Source: Corallochytrium limacisporum Hawaii
Taxonomy: Eukaryota > Protista > Pluriformea
Reading direction: 5' to 3'
DNA length: 64,000 nucleotides
Assembly: GCA_002811645.1 (NCBI GenBank)
Contig: PDIP01000113.1
Location: 40,938-104,937, forward strand
Below the pieces are notes generated by a model, which made no database searches, was not told the DNA's origin, and saw only the letters and a program-made list of their open reading frames with translations. The stretch's first letter is position 1, and every line of letters begins with the position of its first letter. The translations under genes and the position numbers were made by a program. Below, piece by piece: positions 1 through 9,740 of this stretch.

Positions 1-2993
1 GACCACTCACTCGCCAACCAAGTCGAGAGTCCCCGCGCTTAATACTGGGAGAGATGGATCCCCTGACCTATTCGCGTGACCCCTCCGATCTGAACGTCAA
101 AACGCACAGTGAGTAGCTGATGATGCCCCCGATCCTGCTGTTTTCTTTGCGGCCAGAGAAAAAGAAGGGGGGGGGGGCTTTGCGCGTATGATCTGATCAT
201 GCTTTCATTGCGCAGAAACCTCCATCACGAATGGACAATGATAAGCTCTCCAAACATGCAAAGAAGACCGCTCAATCCACACACACACACACACACACAA
301 AGCGTACCTTGCCGGGCCAGAGCGATGGGTGGTTTTTCTTCGATTCCTTTTACCCGTTCTTGAAAGAAGCGAAACCGAAGAGAGTGGCGAAGAAATATGA
401 ATGCATGGAAAAGGAAACGCTGTGGCGGTGGTCCACGGATGATGGAGGTTTTCGTAATATTCACGGGGCTGGGATGGGAAAACGTCGATCGGGCTTGGGC
501 TAAACCCACTCTCTCCCCATTCGCTCGCCCTTTTAATTCTCTCTCTCTCTCTCTCGGCCACTTTCTTCTTTTGACAGTCGGCGATCGTACGCGGGCCCGC
601 TGCTTCGCACCAAAAACAAAAAAAATACAGCGAATAGCGGAGGAAGGGGAAGGTAAGCGGGGGCGCCTGTAGGAATGGGCCCCTCAGTCGCAGTTTTAAT
701 GATGATATCCAGCGAGACACTTTGAAGAATGAAGAGCAGCAGAGGGGAAGCGCAGGGACACTGGGGACGACATTCCAACACCCCGCACTTGCGATTTGGT
801 TGGCTGGTATTGTGTGCGTGTGGCGTTTGTATCAAAAAGTGAGGGCAGCGAGCGTCGAAAACCGGACACAAGCCAACCGAACCGGGGCAAGGAGGCCACA
901 AAAGCCATGACCAGAAGAATAGTAAACCCTCCCCCCCCGGGGGGGGGGAGGGGTGTCGGCGGCGCGCGCGTTCAGAATCCGGGCACTGGCGTGACACCCA
1001 GGAACATACGATCGAGATGCACTGAATAATATTCAAGCGTCTGATGCACTGGCAATCTAATTAATTGAATACCAATGACGGGGGGAGAAGAGCCTTGGTG
1101 GGGGCAAGGGAAGGGGTTCCTGGGGGTGAGGTGGGAGCCGGGCACACCGTCGTAAGGAACCGCAAAGGAAAAGAGGGAGGGGGGCAGGGGACGGGGGGGG
1201 GTACTCCGCGCTCGCCTTTTGGCTGACGGTGGGTGTCTGAGTGCGTGTGTGTGCGCCCGACCAAAAACCCCTCCCCCCGGCCCCCGGGGGGGGGGAGACG
1301 AGAGAGTGAGAGAGCTCAGCGGTGGGGTTGTTCGGGGGCCGCTTTATTCCCAAAGTGAACCCCTCCCGCTCCCCCCCCCTCGCCGGCCAGCCGCGGGACA
1401 CGGACAAAAGGCGAAAACCAACTTTTTAGGCCTTAGTCTCTCTCTCTCGCTCCATTTTTTTTGCGTTTGATTTTCATATTTTTTTAATGGTTTTTTTTGC
1501 TGACCAAGACAAACATTCGGAACAGCCGTGGCAGACAGACAGCCATCGGTTCAGAACTACCAATTGGTAAAAGCTCTGTCCAAATCTCTCGCGGGTGGTG
1601 GAAAGTTAGAATCACTCGTTTGTTGGTGGTCATGGCACTCTCTCTCTCTTTTTCTGCGTCAATGCGGTTGGTTGGCAGTGGTGGTGGTGATGCTGAAGAG
1701 GTGTTGATCTCCAACACTACAAATCGCAACTGACCCCCTTCATAACACCCTATCGCGGGGTTCAATCATCATTCATCGCAAACCAATGAAGCGGAAAGTG
1801 GCACACGACCATGTTAACCTTGTCCCGCGTAAAATGGTGGGTGAGCCAGTGGGACTGGTCGTGACGCAGTAGCAGTGATTGATGGGGTCCCGGTTCGGGT
1901 CAACAATCTTCCGGTCAGCAACCATCGCTGACATACAAAATTATCTTTGGAATTGGAAACACGGGGTTTCACCAGATCTCAGTACTTTCAGTGCCGGCGG
2001 CACGTTGTCACATGGCCCGGGCGAGTTTGAGGGATCCCGTTCTTGCGGTTGTGAGATGCGGGGCAAGGGTGATTCTGTTAGTCCTGCCGCCCACCCCTAT
2101 CCCTTCAAGTGTGGTTGCTCTTCAACGCTCACACCATAGTGAATTTATCGTACACTTTCGCCAATGATCTCTGATCTCGGTACCATCCGTGGAATTGAAT
2201 AATTCGCAGATGGCTGGCGAAAACCCAGCAAAAAGAACGTGACAGTCCGACCACCACTCGCACTTACACACACGCACACACACGCACACGCACAAGCACG
2301 CAGTGCCGCCTTAGCCCATCCCCTCTCCTCCTCACCTCTTCGGTTGTTACGAATTCTTCGTTCCTTTATCGTTTTTATTTATATGCTCTAGCGCCGAAAT
2401 ACAGGAGTCGATTTTGCGAAACGGGTCCGCTGGACTATGTCGTCGTAAACCCCAAGCCAAAAAATGAACAGTCGTGTCGGCATTTTCTTTGCTTTCTCCA
2501 GGCTCGCTGACTCCTGGAGAACCGGTCGGTAGCAAAAAGGGGGGGGGGGTGTGAACCACCGGACTGGCCCGAAGAGCGATACGTCCAGCGAGGCACGTTC
2601 ACTCCGGTCTTAGGCTTGTCCATACTCAGTGCACCTTGTCGGGCAATTGTTGGACCACGCTATTGAACGGAAATGGTCAGGTGTTCTTCTCTCCTGCGTG
2701 GTTGGCTGCGTGGAAATGATACTGGGTGCCACTTAATGTGTTTACTGTGGTACAAATCCCTACCATTGATCTGTGTGCTGGTACTCGAGATGTGTTAAAG
2801 AGGTGCTGAAGTAAGAGTGCGTACGAGAGCGCATACGAGATCAAAAGGTCCACTGAAACCAACCACTGAAACCATGCGACGATGAAACAGCTCTACTGAA
2901 CAGTCAGAATATGGTCCAACTATGATAACCATGGACTAGGAATACGTTTCAGAGACGACAGTGTATTAGGTAGAGAACAAACACACGAAAACC

Positions 2994-5189
2994 ATGACAG
3001 AGCACGCATCGCTAGCAACATCGCCTCAAGTGGGCAAAAACCAGTCTGTCTACGTCATGAAGTTTGGCGGAACAAGTGTAGGAACTGGAGAACGCATGAG
3101 CCGAGTAGCAGACATCGTACTCGAATATAGCTCCGCGGGATGTCCTTCGGTCGTCGTTCTGAGCGCCATGAGCTCGTACGTGAAGAAGGAAGGTACCACG
3201 TCACGCTTGATTGCTGCAGCAAATGCTGCGATCAAGCAGGATGAGGATACCATGAGCAATATGCTCCACCTTCTGCAGGCTAGCCATATTGTTGCGATCC
3301 ACGAAGCTTTGGGCACCACACAAGAAAGTCTTACCCTGCAGAAAGACGTTAGCGACCTGATTGACCGTTTACGACAGTTTCTGAACGCTATTGCCACTAT
3401 TGGGGAGCTGAGTGCACGCAGCCACGACTACATCATGGGTGCGGGAGAGGTACTGAGCACCAAGATTTTCAGTGGGGTCCTCCGCCAGAAGATTAGCAAG
3501 CTCTACCGGGACGAAGACGAAAAACCACGGGTGCGGTGGTGTGATTTGAGCAAAATCGTACCGATCAGCAACTCGGATCGGCTGTGTGACCAAGCATTCT
3601 TCAATGACCTCCGTCAGAGTGTCTGTAATGCGATGACAGGAGACAGCGGCCGCAAACTGGGAGCGAAGGACGTGGTTGTGGTGACAGGCTACATCGGAGA
3701 CATGCCCGGAGGAATCCTCGAGGCTGTTGGACGTGGCTACACGGACTTTACAGCCTCTCTCATTGCATCAGGACTACAGGCACAGGAGTTGATCATTTGG
3801 AAGGAAGTGGACGGTATCTTCAGCGCGGATCCGCGGAAGATTAAAGATGCGAGGCTTTTGGAACGGGTTACGCCCGAAGAGGCGGCAGAACTCACCTTCT
3901 ACGGCAGCGAAGTGATTCACCCATTCTCCATGGAGCAGGTCATGACCCGTAAGATTCCTATCCGTATCAAGAATACTTTCAAGCCACATCTTCAGGGAAC
4001 GTTGGTGGATCCCACGGACGCATGGGATATGAAGCATTGGAAAACGCGCGGAGCGGTTGCTGTAACGGCCAAAGAGGATGTTACCGTGATTACGTTACGG
4101 TCAAACCGAAAGCACATTAATCATGCGTTTCTGGCCAAGCTCTTCGGCATCTTGCACCAACATCGAGTTAATGTCGACATGATCAGTACGAGTGAGGTCG
4201 ATGTTAGCCTGACTATTGCCAAGAAACGAGGCCTTGACGATGCAGTGGCGGAACTGCGTGGCTTGGGCGAGGTCGAAATTAAGACCGGGCTTGCTATCAT
4301 TTCGGTCATCGGCCAACGCATGAAACACATCACTGGCATGGCTGCAGCCATCTTCATGGTTCTGGGTCGGGAGGGAGTCAACCTGGAAATGATCAGTCAA
4401 GGTGCCAGTGAGATAAATGTGAGCTGTGTGATCCAGCAGGACCAGATCATGAAGGCCACTGAGTGCCTACACGAGTATATCATTCTGCAGAACCCCGTTC
4501 ACAGTGGCACGCAGAGCCCGCGAGAAGAACAGGCTGGCTTTGAGCTAGAGGATCTGCAGGCGTCGCAGCCTGCCGACGCTGCAGCGGCCCAATCCGTGTC
4601 TCCCCCGGAAAGCCGCTCGGGCTCCATCGACAGGCGCCAGGCACGCCTCCCCGACGAAGGCGTCCTCCGCCGCAGTAGCGGTACTGGCAGCCAGGTTACG
4701 GTCGCTGCTGCTGGATCCCAGAAGACGACGGATGCAGACATCGTCAAGATTAAAGCGGAGCCCAAGACCATTCCTGTCGACAAATCCAGAGCCAACGGAG
4801 GAAACGAAGGCTGCGATGCGGCAGCTGGACAATTGGGGAAGAGTCCCAATATGACACGCGTGGTCAGCTCGCCGGAATTCCGCACATTCCTCAGCGAAGT
4901 AAACCGCGAAACTCTACTGGCGTCCGCAAATCGTCAATACGCGAAGACAGGGTCCAGTAATAGTGCCACAAAGCAGGTCAGTGACACCGGCACGTCTGTG
5001 CGCTTCAGCTTCGGTAGCGGAGACAGCAACGATGATGCCAACGGCGACGACGACTGCAAGCGCATCGAACGGGAAACACGGTCTCTGCCCGAGGCCCCCG
5101 CCGCAGAGGTCGGTGCACGCAACGGTGATGCCCCCGCCGCAGAGGTCGGTGCACGCAACGGTGATGTGCAATTTCCTGTAGATATCTAG
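2994..5189 (+). CDS. HOM3: Aspartate kinase (fungal Hom3-like; kinase domain + two ACT domains + ~230 aa low-complexity C-terminal extension)
   Basis: 731-aa ORF with motifs VMKFGGTSVG, VVLSAMS...EGTTSRL, GRGYTDFTASLIA, IWKEVDGIFSADPR, EAAELTFYGSEVIHP, and ACT motifs VDMISTSE and LEMISQGASEINVSCVI. Confidence 0.95.
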   Translation: MTEHASLATSPQVGKNQSVYVMKFGGTSVGTGERMSRVADIVLEYSSAGCPSVVVLSAMSSYVKKEGTTSRLIAAANAAIKQDEDTMSNMLHLLQASHIVAIHEALGTTQESLTLQKDVSDLIDRLRQFLNAIATIGELSARSHDYIMGAGEVLSTKIFSGVLRQKISKLYRDEDEKPRVRWCDLSKIVPISNSDRLCDQAFFNDLRQSVCNAMTGDSGRKLGAKDVVVVTGYIGDMPGGILEAVGRGYTDFTASLIASGLQAQELIIWKEVDGIFSADPRKIKDARLLERVTPEEAAELTFYGSEVIHPFSMEQVMTRKIPIRIKNTFKPHLQGTLVDPTDAWDMKHWKTRGAVAVTAKEDVTVITLRSNRKHINHAFLAKLFGILHQHRVNVDMISTSEVDVSLTIAKKRGLDDAVAELRGLGEVEIKTGLAIISVIGQRMKHITGMAAAIFMVLGREGVNLEMISQGASEINVSCVIQQDQIMKATECLHEYIILQNPVHSGTQSPREEQAGFELEDLQASQPADAAAAQSVSPPESRSGSIDRRQARLPDEGVLRRSSGTGSQVTVAAAGSQKTTDADIVKIKAEPKTIPVDKSRANGGNEGCDAAAGQLGKSPNMTRVVSSPEFRTFLSEVNRETLLASANRQYAKTGSSNSATKQVSDTGTSVRFSFGSGDSNDDANGDDDCKRIERETRSLPEAPAAEVGARNGDAPAAEVGARNGDVQFPVDI
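5094..5165 (+). repeat. Exact 36-bp tandem duplication (2 copies) in the aspartokinase tail, encoding APAAEVGARNGD x2
   Basis: gcccccgccgcagaggtcggtgcacgcaacggtgat occurs at 5094-5129 and 5130-5165. Confidence 0.95.
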
Positions 5190-5324
5190 AACACACTGCA
5201 ATGCCACGAATACAGCACAACTAGTGTATACTACCCATGAAAAACCAAAACTAGGTACATTTGAATACTTGGAATTCTTTATTTCCGTTCACTCTGGCAA
5301 ATTGTGCATTCACATTCACCTGTA

Positions 5325-8300
5325 TTAGTACTCCTCGTCAGAGCTGAGGTCAATCTCATCCTCGTGATCGTGAAGGTTTTGCAGAGACTGATTGGGCGAT
5401 GAGTCCGTAGGGCGGCCCGTACTGCTGCCGCTTCCGCTCTGACCGCTTTGGCGCATCATGATCGCCTGGTGGTTCTCGGCGGCCATAGCTTGCTCTGCAA
5501 CGTGGTCAAAGTCCTCACTTCGAGTGGCCAGGAACATGGGATAGTCCTCAGTGTAGAAGGACAGGCGAGTTCCATCCCGACTCGACACCGCATCGTCCTC
5601 GGGCATTTCGTCCGCGCCAAGGGATCCTGTGGACAGAGAAACGCGCATGTCGTTGGTGGACATGTTGGGGCTCTGGTCACCCATGGGTGCCGTGCTGGTT
5701 TCTCCAAAGTTCGTCGAATTGGCGTCTTCGCGGTTGGACGCCAGTGGTGATGACCCTGTGCCACCTTCGCCACTAGCAAGTACGCCACGCGGTGCCAGGC
5801 TAATGCGACGCTCGTACTCCTCAATCTCTGCACGCTCGTCGTAGTGTCCGGTGTACTCGGTCTCGTGGTCCGCCATGCCGGTGGCCGCACTGGAACCCCG
5901 AATGACCTGAGATATTGTGTTGCGCGGCAGTTGAGCTTCTGCACTCATGGCCGCGGCAGCAGTTAGCTGATCGTATTGCTCTGGTGGTGCATCCATCACC
6001 GCCGCGAAGTCACCCATGTCCATCATCGTCGCAGCCACAGTGTCCAAGATCTGTGGGAAGGCATTGGGGAAGCTCACAGCTACATCGTAGGGTGGCGGTT
6101 CCTCCTCGACGACAGACTGCAGATCGTGTTGACGAGCAGTGGAGACCATGAACGGAGATTGAACCTTGCGCAGACGCTCCATGAGCTGCTGCGCAGCTGC
6201 ACGTTCGCTTTGATTGGCCCTCGGTGACAGATTGATCTTGGTCATGTCGAACAGATCATTGGGGTCTAACCCGAGGGACTCGCGGAGTTCGTCATGGCCA
6301 TCATTGGGCTGCGCAGGCTTCGGCGTGTTACTGGCCCAAGTGCCACCTGGAGCATTGATGATCTCGCCTGTGGCGGAACGGACGACAATGTCGTAGTCTC
6401 TGATCACATCGTAGGCAGGCAAGGCCTTTGGAGCAGTCATGGGCATGACAGTTACGTCTGACTGCGAACCGGGGTCTGACAACATGTTCGTAATGGTGTT
6501 TGATGTGAGATGGGCCTGTTGCTCACGAGGAATGGGTCTCGGTGCGCTACGGACACCCGGAGCCGCACTCGCACTGCGATGTATGGCCAGTGCTGACAAA
6601 GTCGTGTGCTCGCCCGTGTTCTCAGGTCGCAGACGTGGAGACATGGATCCAGAGGTCAGGCGACCCGGGCTCAGACCCGGGTGTGGAGACTCTTGGGGCA
6701 GGGTGACTTGGGGACCCTCTTCCACGAACAAATTGAAAGGTTCTTCCAGTAGAGCCATGTCGACCAGGGAACCACGATGACTACCCGGCCGAGAATTGTT
6801 ACGTGATGCTGGCCGCGAAGAGGGTCGCGAAGAGGGCCTTGACAATTGACCTCCGGTAACTTCGTCCGCAAATTCAGCCGCAGAGGAACGCAGCTGGTTC
6901 AGTCGCTGCTCAGTTGGCGTTCCTTTATTCAGGAGCTCAGCGTGGGCGGCCCGGGCCACTCGCCAGTGGCTACCGCGTAGATCGCTGAGGTGAACGGGCA
7001 TTTGCACCTTGAAGTTGCCTCCACGACTAACTTTGATTTCCACCACGATCACGTATTGAATGGTTAAACCGAGTGCACGTTCCATGGGCACCGTAGGCAC
7101 TAGCCGATTGACGTCCGTAGTGTGATCATCAAAGTAGCCAAGACACATGATGGGCTGTACATCACCACCCCTGATCAGCTCTCCATTCTCATCCCGTTCC
7201 CGATCTTTGTCTCGCTGCTCTGGGTCCGCGTCGCGATCGCGTGGGCTCACGGCATCTTGAATATCATGCATCATTCGATCGTGAATTGAGCCCATGATCG
7301 TGGCCGCCTCTCCTTGGGCACCCAGAATGCGGTTGGGCATCATCGTTGGCCCCCTGTTAGCGCCACGCAGACGTGGTGAGGTCATTAAATCAGCATCAGT
7401 GGTGCCATTCGGCAAGCTAGACAGGCTCGCAGACTGATCTACGTAGCTATGTAGCCGGCGCCGCGAGCCATTGGCGTTGATGCTGGCCCCGCTGGCAGTA
7501 GATCCGACCGATGTGCTCAAAAAGGACGGCATATCTGCAAGTTGATGGTTACCCCTCTGATCCGGGCCCGAGTCTGTCTCGCTCAGAATGGGGTGGGAAG
7601 CCGCACTGAGGTTACCGTTGGATCCCGGGGCTGCTAGTGCACCGTTCTCAATGACAGCAATCGGGGTGCTCTTAGTCCGGAAGCGTTTGAAGGGACTGCG
7701 GGAGCGCGAAGAGTTAGAGCTCACAGACTTACCCCGGCTGCGACTGCGAGCGCCGCCATTGGAGTCATTGCCGTTTTGTTGTCGATTCTTGTTAGACGCA
7801 GACATCGAATTTTTACGGCTCCGAGCACGCGAGCGGCGAGGTTCGGGCCTAGTCTCGTCAATGGCAAACGGCACTTCAAAATGCATTACACGGGCCTTGC
7901 CCGAGGTGATGGGAAACATGGATGGAGCATTGTCATCATCAAACCGAATTGTGTTGACAACACTGTCAGTCATAGGAGCCATACTCATACGTTGATCAAA
8001 CATCTGCACACGTTGCCTCAGCGTCACCTCAACCCCCTCGATCCTGACGAAATCACTGAAATTGGCCAGATGCAAACGACAAAGTGCCAGTTCGTCCCGA
8101 TAATACACACCCTTGTTCGCAAATAGGCGGGCCCGGACTTTCTTACCCTTGCGTACTCCCAGCAGGAATGCCTTCTCGGCGGTGGCCACCGGGGGCGGTG
8201 CCATGCGCAGAGTGGGGACTAAGTTGTGATCCAACACGGAGGGCGGAGCTCCGGTGCTGTTGTCGCGGGATAGCGATCTTGTTGTCGCTGAATCTGTACT

Positions 8301-9740
8301 AAACTCCCCCATTCCCGGCACCACGGAGTCAAAGTCACCGTCTGCCTCCGTGGCGTTTAAGGTTCCACGAGACCGTGTAATGTTCTCACCTCGAGAGCGC
8401 ATCTGATCCTTGACGGGATCATGGCCTTTTCCGTACTTTGGACCGTCACTGGGCTTGATTTGTTCCACTTGGCCCGGTCCTTCCTCACCGAGCAAAGGGT
8501 TGTCCATTTCTGGTACGTGCCGCTGCAGAGAAACGCGCTTCTGAAATTTCTTTGTGATTCGCAGATTTATGCGGTTTTTGCCCAGCTCTGCGGGAATGGA
8601 CCTCTGTCCTGGGGCCGGTCGCACGTGCACAATGTAACCCTGAATTTCATGGTAGACTCCAACAATATGATTCGCATTGGCGATGCGCGATCCAGTCGGC
8701 TCGTCGCGGACCCTTGTGCTCTTCAAATCCTTGGCTGTATGGGGTGTGGTGCTCATGCGCAGATTCGTTCGTAGCTGTGCCACGTCGTCCATTATGACTT
8801 GATCTAGTGCAGAACTTCCCACAGCACCACCGTTGGGGAGTGCGACCAAGTGATCCTTCTTTTGTGTGACGTAGCATCCGCAGCTGGGTGGTAGTGCTGC
8901 TGGGACTTGGAACGCAAAGGGGAAGTCGTAGGAACCAGGCGGGATCCCGTAGAACGAGGCTGGGCTGGATTGACGCGCCGAGTACAGCGTACGCAGCCGG
9001 AGCTTGCGGTGGTGCTTAAACTTTTGCACCAGAATGCACCGGTAGAAAATAACAATGTCTTGCAAACTGTTTGGGTGGCCCTCATTGACTTCCAAATGCA
9101 AGGCACCACTTACCATTTCACCCGGTCCGACATCACCGTTGGCGAGTCTGATGCCTAGTTTGCGGTACTCTGGAAAAGAAAGAATCCGCTGCATCTCTGC
9201 ATGTTTGTGTGAATGGCTCCGTGCGGTTGCCAGTAATCCTGCGTCGGCAGTGCGGACCTGTCGATTATTGGACGTTTGGTTCCCCCGTTGCGATCCGTTG
9301 CTGCCATTGGTCCTATTTCGTGTGGACGTTTGCTGGGAAATACCGGCCAAGGAATCTAAGAGTTGATCATTCACTGCATTGCCATTTCGGTCATTAGCTG
9401 CCGCTGCTGCCCGACCACTGTTCTGCCGTGAAAGACTCTGCTCATCCCCGTGCTGTTGCCGTAGCTGATTCAGGGCTTCCTGTTGTTCCCGTAACTGATT
9501 CAAAGCCTGGACTTCGTTTGCGTCCATACTATATGATAATGAAGACCTTCGTCGGAATACCCGACTTGCTTTGGTTACCATTGACCCACTTCTCCAATTG
9601 GCGGGCTGGCCTGCATTTGCTGCACGCGTGTCCGGAGAGGTGGGCGGAGATCCAATATCCGACAAGGGCGTTGCGGGTCGGTCTGCGGGATGCATGACAC
9701 CAAGGTCATCCATCGGGCCCTCTGAACGGTCTGAGTCCAT
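5325..9740 (-). CDS. Large arrestin-domain protein (beta-arrestin-like N and C domains with long disordered insertions and a PY-motif tail)
   Basis: 1471-aa ORF. YDFPFAFQVPAALPPS, GVYHEIQGY and RINLRITK resemble arrestin-N. KGVYYRDE...VEVTLRQ and GLTIQYVIVVEIKVSRGGNFKVQMPVHL resemble the beta-arrestin segment GIxVSYxVKVKLVVSRGGDVxVELPF. The tail contains PPPY and LPAY. Confidence 0.8.
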   Translation of the reverse strand: MDSDRSEGPMDDLGVMHPADRPATPLSDIGSPPTSPDTRAANAGQPANWRSGSMVTKASRVFRRRSSLSYSMDANEVQALNQLREQQEALNQLRQQHGDEQSLSRQNSGRAAAAANDRNGNAVNDQLLDSLAGISQQTSTRNRTNGSNGSQRGNQTSNNRQVRTADAGLLATARSHSHKHAEMQRILSFPEYRKLGIRLANGDVGPGEMVSGALHLEVNEGHPNSLQDIVIFYRCILVQKFKHHRKLRLRTLYSARQSSPASFYGIPPGSYDFPFAFQVPAALPPSCGCYVTQKKDHLVALPNGGAVGSSALDQVIMDDVAQLRTNLRMSTTPHTAKDLKSTRVRDEPTGSRIANANHIVGVYHEIQGYIVHVRPAPGQRSIPAELGKNRINLRITKKFQKRVSLQRHVPEMDNPLLGEEGPGQVEQIKPSDGPKYGKGHDPVKDQMRSRGENITRSRGTLNATEADGDFDSVVPGMGEFSTDSATTRSLSRDNSTGAPPSVLDHNLVPTLRMAPPPVATAEKAFLLGVRKGKKVRARLFANKGVYYRDELALCRLHLANFSDFVRIEGVEVTLRQRVQMFDQRMSMAPMTDSVVNTIRFDDDNAPSMFPITSGKARVMHFEVPFAIDETRPEPRRSRARSRKNSMSASNKNRQQNGNDSNGGARSRSRGKSVSSNSSRSRSPFKRFRTKSTPIAVIENGALAAPGSNGNLSAASHPILSETDSGPDQRGNHQLADMPSFLSTSVGSTASGASINANGSRRRLHSYVDQSASLSSLPNGTTDADLMTSPRLRGANRGPTMMPNRILGAQGEAATIMGSIHDRMMHDIQDAVSPRDRDADPEQRDKDRERDENGELIRGGDVQPIMCLGYFDDHTTDVNRLVPTVPMERALGLTIQYVIVVEIKVSRGGNFKVQMPVHLSDLRGSHWRVARAAHAELLNKGTPTEQRLNQLRSSAAEFADEVTGGQLSRPSSRPSSRPASRNNSRPGSHRGSLVDMALLEEPFNLFVEEGPQVTLPQESPHPGLSPGRLTSGSMSPRLRPENTGEHTTLSALAIHRSASAAPGVRSAPRPIPREQQAHLTSNTITNMLSDPGSQSDVTVMPMTAPKALPAYDVIRDYDIVVRSATGEIINAPGGTWASNTPKPAQPNDGHDELRESLGLDPNDLFDMTKINLSPRANQSERAAAQQLMERLRKVQSPFMVSTARQHDLQSVVEEEPPPYDVAVSFPNAFPQILDTVAATMMDMGDFAAVMDAPPEQYDQLTAAAAMSAEAQLPRNTISQVIRGSSAATGMADHETEYTGHYDERAEIEEYERRISLAPRGVLASGEGGTGSSPLASNREDANSTNFGETSTAPMGDQSPNMSTNDMRVSLSTGSLGADEMPEDDAVSSRDGTRLSFYTEDYPMFLATRSEDFDHVAEQAMAAENHQAIMMRQSGQSGSGSSTGRPTDSSPNQSLQNLHDHEDEIDLSSDEEY

